Source: Eledone cirrhosa
Lineage: Eukaryota
NCBI GenBank assembly: GCA_964016885.1
Contig: OZ024743.1
Coordinates: forward strand, 208,134,001-208,198,000
Reading direction: 5' to 3'
Length of the DNA: 64,000 bases
The notes under the pieces were generated by a model that saw only the letters and a program-made list of their open reading frames with translations, was not told where the DNA came from and did no database searches. This document shows, piece after piece, positions 52,101-64,000 of this stretch; position 1 is the first letter of the stretch; every line of letters starts with the position of its first letter. The position numbers were made by a program, and so were the translations under genes.

Positions 52101-55100
52101 GACAATGTCTATATACAGTCAAGACAATGTCTATATACGGTCAAGACAATGTCTTTATACAGTCAAGAAAATGTCTATATACAGTCAAGAGAATGTCTAT
52201 ATACGGTCAAACAATGTCTAGATACAGGCAAGACAATGTCTATATACAGTCAAGACAATGTCTATATACAGTCAAGACAACGTTTATATACAGTTAAGAC
52301 AATGTCCATATAAAGCCAAGACAATGTCTTTATACGGTCAAGACAATGTCTATATACAGTCAAGACAATGTCTATATACAGTCAAGAAAATGTCTATATA
52401 CAGTCAAGAGAATGTCTATATATGGTCAAGACAATTTCTATATACAGTCAAGACAATGTCTATATACGGTCAAGATAATGTCTATATACAGTCAAGATAA
52501 TGTCTATAAACAGTCAAGACAATGTCTATATACGGTCAAGACAATGTCTATATACAGTCAAGAAAATGTCTATATACAGTCAAGACATTGTCTACATACA
52601 GTCAAGACAATGTCTATATACGGTCAAGGCAATGTCTATATACAGTCAAGACAATATCTATATACAGTCAAGAGAATGTCTATATATGGTCAAGACAATG
52701 TCTATATACAGTCAAGACAATGTCTATATACGGTCAAGACAATGTCTATATACAGTCAAGACAAACTCTATATACGGTCAAGGCAATGTCTACATACAGT
52801 CAAGACAATGTCTATATACAGTCAAGACAATGTTTATATACAGTCAAGACAATGTCTATATACAGTCAAGAAAATGTCTATATACAGTCAAGACAATGTT
52901 TATATATGGTCAAGACAATGTCTATATACAGTCAAGACAATGTCTATATACAGTCAAGACAATGTCTATATACGGTCAAAACAATGTCTATAAACGGTCA
53001 AGGCAATGTCTATATACAGTCAAGACAATGTCTATATACAGTCAAGACAATGTTTATATACAGTCAAGACAATGTCTATATACAGTCAAGAAAATGTCTA
53101 TATACAGTCAAGACAATGTTTATATATGGTCAAGACAATGTCTATATACAGTCAAGACAATGTCTATATACAGTCAAGACAATGTCTATATACGGTCAAA
53201 ACAATGTCTATATACGGGCAAGACAATGTCTATATACGGTCAAGACAATGTCTATATACAGTCAAGAAAATGTCTATATACAGTCAAGACAATGTCTATA
53301 TATGGTCAAGACAATGTCTATATACAGTCAAGACAATGTCTCTATATGGTCGAGACAATGTCTATATATGGTCAAGACAATGTCTATATACAGTCAAGAC
53401 AATGTCTATATATGGTCAAGACAATGTCTATATATGGTCAAGACTATGTCTATATACAGTCAAGACAATGTCTATAAATAGTCAAGACAATATCAATATA
53501 CAGTCAAGACAATGTCTATAGACAGTCAAGACAATGTCTATATACGGTCAAGACAATGTCTATATATGGTCAAGGCAATGTCTATATACAGTCAACACAA
53601 TGTCTATATACGGTCAAGGCAATGTCTATATACAGTCAAGACAATGTCTATATACAGTCAAGACAATGTCTATATATGGTCAAGACAATGTCTATATATG
53701 GTCAAGACAATGTCTATATACAGTCAAGACAATGTCTATATACAGTCAAGACAATGTCTATATACTGTCAAGACAATGTCTATATACAGTCAAGACAATA
53801 TCTATATACAGTCAAGACAATGTCTATATACGGTCAAGACAACGTCTATATATGGTCAAGACAATGTCTATATACAGTCAAGAGAATGTTTATATACAGT
53901 CAAGACAATGTCTATATACAGTCAAGACAATGTTTATATACAGTCAAGACAATGTCCATATACAGTCAAGACAATGTCTATATATGGTCAAGACAATGTC
54001 TATATACAGTCAAGACAATGTCTATATACAGTCAAGAGAATGTCTATATATGGTCAAGACAATTTCTATATACAGTCAAGACAATGTCTATATACGGTCA
54101 AGATAATGTCTATATACAGTCAAGATAATGTCTATATACAGTCAAGATAATGCCTATAAACGGTCAAGACAATGTCTATATACGGTCAAGACAATGTCTA
54201 TATACACTCAAGAAAATGTCTATATACAGTCAAGACATTGTCTACATACGGTCAAGGCAATGTCTATATACAGTCAAGAAAATGTCTATAATCAGTCAAG
54301 ATAATGTCTATATACAGTCAAGATAATGTCTATAAATGGTACAGACAATGTCTATATACAGTCAAGACAATGTCTATATACGGTCAAGACATTGTCTATA
54401 TACGGTCAAGGCAATGTCTATATACAGTCAAGACAATGTCTATATACAGTCAAGACAATGTCTATATAAGGTCAAGATAATGTCTATATACGGTCAAGAC
54501 GATGTCTATATACAGTCAAGACAATGTCTATATACAGTCAAGAAAATCTCTATATACAGTTAAGGGAATGTCTATATATGGTCAAGACAATGTCTATATA
54601 CAGTCAAGACAATGTCTATATACGGTCAAGACAATGTCTATATACGGTGAAGACAATGTCTATATACAGTCAATACAATGTCTATATACGGTCAAGAGAA
54701 TGTCTATATACAGACAAGACAATGTCTATATACAGTCAAGACAATGTCTATATACAGTCAAGACAATGTCTATATACAGTCAAGACAATGTCTATATACG
54801 GTCAAGGCAATGTCTATATACAGTCAAGACAATGTCTATATACAGTCAAGACAATGTTTATATACAGTCAAGACAATGTCTATATACAGTCAAGAAAATG
54901 TCTATATACAGTCAAGACAATGTTTATATATGGTCAAGACAATGTCTATATATAGTCAAGACAATGTCTATATACAGTCAAGACAATGTCTATATACGGT
55001 CAAAACTATGTCTATATACGGTCAAGACAATGTCTATATACGGTCAAGACAATGTCTATATACACTCAAGACAATGTCTATATACGGTCAAGGCAATGTC

Positions 55101-58100
55101 TATATACAGTGGAGACAATGTCTATATACAGTCAAGACAATGTCTATAGACAGTCAAGACAATGTCTATATAGTCAAGACAATGTCTATATACAGACAAG
55201 ACAATGTCTATATACAGTCAAGACAATGTCTATATACAGTCAAGACAATGTCTATATACAGTCAAGACAATGTCTATATACAGACGAGACAATGTCTATA
55301 TACAATCAAGACAATGTTTATATACAGTCAAGACAATGTCTATATACAGTCAAGACAATGTCTATATACAGTCAAGACAATGTCCATATACAGTCAAGAC
55401 AATGTCTATATATGGACAAGACAATGTCTATATACAGTCAAGACAATGTCTATATACAGTCAAGAAAATGTCTATATACAGTCAAGAGAATTTCTATATA
55501 TGGTCAAGACAATTTCTATATACAGTCAAGACAATGTCTATATACGGTCAAGATAATGTCTATATACAGTCAAGATAATGTCTATATACAGTCAAGATAA
55601 TCTCTATATACAGTCAATATAATGTCTATAAACGGTCAAGACAATGTCTATATACAGTCAAGACAATGTCTATATACAATCAAGACAATGTCTATATACA
55701 GTTAAGATTGTCTATATACTGTCAAGGCAATGTCTATATAAGGTCAAGATAATATCTATATACGGTCAAGACGATGTCTCTATATGATCAAGACAATGTC
55801 TATATACAGTCAAGACAATGTCTATATACGGTCAAGAAAATGTCTATAAACAGTCAAGACAATGTCTATATACAGTCAAGACAATGTCTATATACAGTCA
55901 AGACAATGTCTATATACGGTCAAGACAATGTCTATATACAGTCAAGACAATGAATATATCTGGTCAAGACAATGTCTATATACGGTCAAGACAATGTCTA
56001 TATACAGTTAAGACAATGTCTATATACAGTCAAGGCAATGTCTATATACAGTCAAGACAATGTCTATATACAGTAAGGCAATGTCTATATACAATCAAGA
56101 CAATGTCTATATACAGTCAAGACAATGGCTATATATGGTCAAGACAATGTTTATATACAGTCAAGACAATGTCTATATACGGTCAAGACAATGGCTATAT
56201 AGACTCAACAAAATGTCTATATACAGTCAAGACAATGTCTATATGCAGTCAAGACAATGTCTATATACAGTCAAGACAATGTCTATATACGGTTAAGATA
56301 ATGTCTATATACGGTCAAGACTATGTCTCTGTATGAGTAAGACAATGTCTATATAAGGCCAAGACGATGTCTATATACAGTCAAGCCAATGTCTATATAC
56401 GGACAAGAGAATATCTATATACAGTCAAGCCAATGTCTATATACAGTCAAGAAAATATCTATATACGGTCCAGACAATGTCTATATACAGTCAAGACAAT
56501 GTCTCTATATGATCAAGAAAATGTCTATATACAGTCAAGACAATGTCTATATACAGTCAAGACAATGTCTATATGAGGTCAAGAAAATGTCTATATACAG
56601 TCAAGACAATGTCTATATACAGTCAAGACAATGTCTGTATACGGTCAAGACAATGTCTATATATGGTCAAGACAATATCTATATACATTCAAGACAATGT
56701 CTATATACAGTCAAGGCAATGTCTATATACAGTCAAGACAATATCTATATACAGTCAAGACAATTTCTATATACAGTCAAGACAATGGCTATATACACTC
56801 AACAAAATGTCTATTTACAGTCAAGACAATGTCTATATACAGGCAAGACGATGTCTATATACGTTCAAGATAATGTTTATATACAGTCAAGATAATGTCT
56901 ATATACAGTCAAGATAATGTCTATATACAGTCAAGACAATGTCTATATACAGTCAAGACAATGTTTATATACAATCAAGACAATGTTTATATACAGTCAA
57001 GACAATGTCTATATACGGTCAAGACAATGTTTCATATGGAAAAGACAATGTCTGTATACAGTCAAGACAATGTCTATATACAGTCAAGACAATGGCTATA
57101 TACACTCAAGAAAATGTCTATATACAGTCAAGACAATGTCTATATACAGTCAAGACAATGTTTATATACAGTCAAGACAATGTTTATATACAGTCAAGAT
57201 AATGTCTATATACAGTCAACACAATGTCTATATACCATCAAGACAATGTCTATATACAGTCAAGACAATGTCTCTATATGGTCGAGACAATGTCTATATA
57301 TGGTCAAGACAATGTCTACATACAGTCAAGACAATGTCTATATACAGTCAAGACAATGTCTATATTTGGTCAAGATAATGTCTATATACGGTCAAGGCAG
57401 TGTCTATATACGGTCAAGACAATGTTTTATATGGTCAAGACAATGTCTATATACAGTCAAGATAATGTCTATATACAGTCAAGACAATGTCTATATACAG
57501 TCAAGACAATGTTTATATACAGTCAAGACAATGTTTATATACAGTAAGGACAATATCTATATACGCTCAAGACAATGTCTCTATATGATCAAGACAATGT
57601 CTATATACAGTCAAGACAATGTCTATAAATAGTCAAGACAATATCAATATACAGTCAAGACAATGTCTATAGACAGTCAAGACAATGTCTATATACGGTC
57701 AAGACAATGTCTATATATGGTCAAGGCAATGTCTATATACAGTCAACACAATGTCTATATACGGTCAAGGCAATGTCTATATACAGTCAAGACAATGTCT
57801 ATATACAGTCAAGACAATGTCTATATATGGTCAAGACAATGTCTATATATGGTCAAGACAATGTCTATATACAGTCAAGACAATGTCTATATACAGTCAA
57901 GACAATGTCTATATACTGTCAAGACAATGTCTATATACAGTCAAGACAATATCTATATACAGTCAAGACAATGTCTATATACGGTCAAGACAACGTCTAT
58001 ATATGGTCAAGACAATGTCTATATACAGTCAAGAGAATGTTTATATACAGTCAAGACAATGTCTATATACAGTCAAGACAATGTTTATATACAGTCAAGA

Positions 58101-61100
58101 CAATGTCCATATACAGTCAAGACAATGTCTATATACGGTCAAGACAATGTCTATATACAGTCAAGACAATGTCTATATACAGTCAAGAGAATGTCTATAT
58201 ATGGTCAAGACAATTTCTATATACAGTCAAGACAATGTCTATATACGGTCAAGATAATGTCTATATACAGTCAAGATAATGTCTATATACAGTCAAGATA
58301 ATGCCTATAAACGGTCAAGACAATGTCTATATACGGTCAAGACAATGTCTATATACACTCAAGAAAATGTCTATATACAGTCAAGACATTGTCTACATAC
58401 GGTCAAGGCAATGTCTATATACAGTCAAGACAATGTCTATAATCAGTCAAGATAATGTCTATATACAGTCAAGATAATGTCTATAAATGGTACAGACAAT
58501 GTCTATATACAGTCAAGACAATGTCTATATACGGTCAAGACATTGTCTATATACGGTCAAGGCAATGTCTATATACAGTCAAGACAATGTCTATATACAG
58601 TCAAGACAATGTCTATATAAGGTTAAGATAATGTCTATATACGGTCAAGACGATGTCTATATACAGTCAAGACAATGTCTATATACAGTCAAGAAAATCT
58701 CTATATACAGTCAAGGGAATGTCTATATATGGTCAAGACAATGTCTATATACAGTCAAGACAATGTCTATATACGGTCAAGACAATGTCTATATACGGTG
58801 AAGACAATGTCTATATACAGTCAATACAATGTCTATATACGGTCAAGACAATGTCTATATACAGACAAGACAATGTCTATATACAGTCAAGACAATGTCT
58901 ATATACAGTCAAGACAATGTCTATATACAGTCAAGACAATGTCTATATACGGTCAAGGAAATGTCTATATACAGTCAAGACAATGTCTATATACAGTCAA
59001 GACAATGTTTATATACAGTCAAGACAATGTCTATATACAGTCAAGAAAATGTCTATATACAGTCAAGACAATGTTTATATATGGTCAAGACAATGTCTAT
59101 ATATAGTCAAGACAATGTCTATATACAGTCAAGACAATGTCTATATACGGTCAAAACTATGTCTATATACGGTCAAGACAATGTCTATATACGGTCAAGA
59201 CAATGTCTATATACACTCAAGACAATGTCTATATACGGTCAAGGCAATGTCTATATACAGTGGAGACAATGTCTATATACAGTCAAGACAATGTCTATAG
59301 ACAGTCAAGACAATGTCTATATAGTCAAGACAATGTCTATATACAGACAAGACAATGTCTATATACAGTCAAGACAATGTCTATATACAGTCAAGACAAT
59401 GTCTATATACAGTCAAGACAATGTCTATATACAGACGAGACAATGTCTATATACAATCAAGACAATGTTTATATACAGTCAAGACAATGTCTATATACAG
59501 TCAAGACAATGTCTATATACAGTCAAGACAATGTCCATATACAGTCAAGACAATGTCTATATATGGACAAGACAATGTCTATATACAGTCAAGACAATGT
59601 CTATATACAGTCAAGAAAATGTCTATATACAGTCAAGAGAATTTCTATATATGGTCAAGACAATTTCTATATACAGTCAAGACAATGTCTATATACGGTC
59701 AAGATAATGTCTATATACAGTCAAGATAATGTCTATATACAGTCAAGATAATCTCTATATACAGTCAAGATAATGTCTATAAACGGTCAAGACAATGTCT
59801 ATATACAGTCAAGACAATGTCTATATACAATCAAGACAATGTCTATATACAGTTAAGATTGTCTATATACTGTCAAGGCAATGTCTATATAAGGTCAAGA
59901 TAATATCTATATACGGTCAAGACGATGCCTCTATATGATCAAGACAATGTCTATATACAGTCAAGACAATGTCTATATACGGTCAAGAAAATATCTATAA
60001 ACAGTCAAGACAATGTCTATATACAGTCAAGACAATGTCTATATACAGTCAAGACAAGGTCTATATACGGTCAAGACAATGTCTATATACAGTCAAGACA
60101 ATGAATATATCTGGTCAAGACAATGTCTATATACGGTCAAGACAATGTCTATATACAGTTAAGACAATGTCTATATACATTCAAGGCAATGTCTATATAC
60201 AGTCAAGACAATGTCTATATACAATAAGGCAATGTCTATATACAATCAAGACAATGTCTATATACAGTCAAGACAATGGCTATATATGGTCAAGACAATG
60301 TTTATATACAGTCAAGACAATGTCTATATACGGTCAAGACAATGGCTATATAGACTCAACAAAATGTCTATATACAGTCAAGACAATGTCTATATGCAGT
60401 CAAGACAATGTCTATATACAGTCAAGACAATGTCTATATACGGTTAAGATAATGTCTATATACGGTCAAGACTATGTCTCTGTATGAGTAAGACAATGTC
60501 TATATAAGGCCAAGACGATGTCTATATACAGTCAAGCCAATGTCTATATACGGACAAGAGAATATCTATATACAGTCAAGCCAATGTCTATATACAGTCA
60601 AGAAAATGTCTATATACGGTCCAGACAATGTCTATATACAGTCAAGACAATGTCTCTATATGATCAAGAAAATGTCTATATACAGTCAAGACAATGTCTA
60701 TATACAGTCAAGACAATGTCTATATGAGGTCAAGAAAATGTCTATATACAGTCAAGACAATGTCTATATACAGTCAAGACAATGTCTGTATACGGTCAAG
60801 ACAATGTCTATATATGGTCAAGACAATATCTATATACATTCAAGACAATGTCTATATACAGTCAAGGCAATGTCTATATACAGTCAAGACAATATCTATA
60901 TACAGTCAAGACAATTTCTATATACAGTCAAGACAATGGCTATATACACTCAACAAAATGTCTATGTACAGTCAAGACAATGTCTATATACAGGCAAGAC
61001 GATGTCTATATACGTTCAAGATAATGTTTATATACAGTCAAGATAATGTCTATATACAGTCAAGATAATGTCTATATACAGTCAAGACAATGTCTATATA

Positions 61101-64000
61101 CAGTCAAGACAATGTTTATATACAATGAAGACAATGTTTATATACAGTCAAGACAATGTCTATATACGGTCAAGACAATGTTTCATATGGAAAAGACAAT
61201 GTCTATATACAGTCAAGACAATGTCTATATACAGTCAAGACAATGGCTATATACACTCAAGAAAATGTCTATATACAGTCAAGACAATGTCTATATACAG
61301 TCAAGACAATGTTTATATACAGTCAAGACAATGTTTATATACAGTCAAGATAATGTCTATATACAGTCAACACAATGTCTATATACCATCAAGACAATGT
61401 CTATATACAGTCAAGACAATGTCTCTATATGGTCGAGACAATGTCTATATATGGTCAAGACAATGTCTACATACAGTCAAGACAATGTCTATATACAGTC
61501 AAGACAATGTCTATATTTGGTCAAGATAATGTCTATATACGGTCAAGGCAGTGTCTATATACGGTCAAGACAATGTTTTATATGGTCAAGACAATGTCTA
61601 TATACAGTCAAGATAATGTCTATATACAGTCAAGACAATGTCTATATACAGTCAAGACAATGTTTATATACAGTCAAGACAATGTTTATATACAGTAAGG
61701 ACAATATCTATATACGCTCAAGACAATGTCTCTATATGATCAAGACAATGTCTATATACAGTCAAGACAATGTCTATATACGGCCAAGAAAATGTCTATA
61801 TACAGTCAAAACAATGTCTATATACAGTCAAGACAATGTCTATATACAGTCAAGACAATGTCTATATACGGTCAAGACAATGTCTCGGTATGATCAAGAC
61901 AATGTCTATATACGGCCAAGACAATGTCTATATATGGTCAAGACAATTTCTATATACAGTCAAGACAATGTCTATATACAGTCAAGACAATGTCTATATA
62001 GAGTCAACACAATGTCTATATACAGTCAAGGCAATGTCTATATACAGTCAAGGCAATGTTTATATACAGTCAAGAGAATGTCTATATAAATTCAAGACAA
62101 TGTCTATATACAGTCAATAAAATGTCTATATACAGTCAGGACAATGTCTATATACGGTCAAGACTATGTCTATATACGGTCAAGAAAATGTCTTAATACA
62201 GTCAAGACAATGTCTATATACAGTCAAGACAATGTCTATATACGGTCAAGGCAATGTCTATATATGGTCAAGACAATGTCTCTATATGGTGAAGACAATA
62301 TCTAAATATGGTCAAGACAATGTCAATATACAGTCAAGACAATGTCTATATACAGTCAAGACAATGTCTATATACAGTGAAGACAATGTCTATATACGGT
62401 CAAGACAATGTCTATATACAGTCAAGACAATGTCTATATACGGTCAAGGCAATGTCTATATACAGTCAAGATAATGTCTATATATGGTCAAAACAATGTC
62501 TATATACAGTCAAGACAATGTCTATATACGGCCAAGAGAATATTTATATACAGTCAAGCCAATGTCTATATACAGTCAAGAAAATGTCTATATACGGTCC
62601 AGACAATGTCTATATACAGTCAAGACAATATCTATATACGGTCAAGACAATGTCTATATACACTCAAGACAATGTCTATATACACTCAAGACAATGTCTA
62701 TATACAGTGAAGACAATGTCTATATACAGTCAAGATAATGTCAATATACAGTGAAGACAATATCTATATACAGTGAAGACAATGTCTATATACACTCAAG
62801 ACAATGTCTATATACAGTCAAGACAATGTTTTTATATGGTCGAAACAATGTCTATATACGGTCAAGACAATGTCTTTATACAGTCAAGACAATGTCTATA
62901 TATGGTCAAGATAATGTCTATATACGGTCAAGACAATGTCTATATACGGTCAAGACGATGTCTATATAGTCAAGACAATGTCTATATACGGTCAAGATAA
63001 TGTCTATATACGGTCAAGACAATGTCTATGTACAGTCAAGACAATGTTTATATACAGTCAAGACAATGTCTATAGACAGTCAAGACAATGTCTATATAGA
63101 GTCAAGAAAATGACTATATATTGTCATGACAATGTCTATATACAGTCAAGACAATGTCTTTATACGGGCGAGACAATGTCTATATATGGTCAAGACAATG
63201 TCTATATATAGTCAAGACAATGTCTATATATGGTCAATACAATGTTTATATATGGTCAAGACAATGTCTATATACAGTCAAGACAATGTCTATATACAGT
63301 CAAGCCAATGTCTATACATGCTCAAGACAATGTCTATATACAGTCAAGACAATGTCTATATATGTTCAACACAATGTCTATATACGGTCAAAACAATGTC
63401 TATATACAGTCAAGACAATGTCTATATACAGTCAAGACAATGTCTATATACAGTCAAGAAAATGTCTATATACGGTCAAGAAAATTTCTATATACGGTCA
63501 AGACAATGTCTATATACATTCAGGACAATGTCTATATACGGTCAAGATGATGTCTATATACAGTCAAGACAATGTCTATATACATTCAAGACAATGTCTA
63601 TATACAGTCAAGACAATGTCTATATACGGTCAAGACAATGTCTACATACAGTCAAGGCAATGTCTATATACAGTCAAGACAATGTCTATAAACAGTCAAG
63701 ACAATGTCTATATACAGTCAAGACAATGTCAGAATACATGCAAGACAATGTCTATATACAGTCAAGACAATGGCTATATATGGTCAAGACAATGTTTATA
63801 TACAGTCAAGACAATGTCTATATACAGTCAACACAATGTCTATATACGGTCAAGGCAATGTCTATATACAGTCAAGACAATGTCTATATACAGTCAAGAC
63901 AATGTCTATATATGGTCAAGACAATGTCTATATATGGTCAAGACAATGTCTATATACAGTCAAGACAATGTCTATATACAGTCAAGACAATGTCTATATA
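22122..64000. repeat. 22-bp satellite array, ~1,900 monomers, with higher-order structure; runs off the window
   Basis: Consensus GTCAAGACAATGTCTATATACA repeated head-to-tail for ~41.9 kb in one orientation, with occasional 20/21-bp variants and no interspersed elements seen. Confidence 0.99.

Noticed and set aside
22184-63550. Hundreds of plus-strand ORFs encoding MSIYSQDNVYIQSRQCLYTVKT repeats
   Set aside because: The 22-bp consensus has no plus-strand stop, so all three frames give the same 22-aa cycle. Stops and frameshifts fall in all frames with no preferred frame, and the ORFs are antisense to the host gene.
22122-64000. p53 response elements in the satellite
   Set aside because: AGACAATGTCT has three bases between C and G, whereas the p53 half-site RRRCWWGYYY needs two.

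Overview
AT-rich, repeat-dense animal DNA. The SINE, RTE-LINE and (TA)n/(GAT)n repertoire resembles coleoid cephalopod, probably octopod, genomes (inference from repeat families). Bases 1-22.1 kb are intronic sequence of a minus-strand host gene that the ORF track misses. Three GT-AG exons (7395-7256, 5096-5061, 2776-2635) splice in frame into parts of two tandem WSC domains. The introns carry tRNA-derived SINEs, several RTE-clade LINE copies (two with a C4HC3 PHD-like finger inside the RT), TTAA-flanked MITEs, a hAT-type MITE with an 8-bp TSD, and a 43-bp minisatellite. At 7.4-12.1 kb there is a nested rearrangement: a non-autonomous LTR element with a run of PBS-like motifs is flanked by a 517-bp host duplication, and one copy of that duplication received a young RTE insertion. 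From ~22.1 kb to the window end is one array of about 1,900 copies of a 22-bp satellite (GTCAAGACAATGTCTATATACA). It has hierarchical higher-order duplications (~2.5-3.8 kb, ~6.0 kb, 8.55 kb, 4.15 kb) and a CA/CG/TG polymorphic site. All ORFs beyond 22.1 kb are satellite artefacts. There is no evidence for CRISPR, rRNA or intact tRNA genes.
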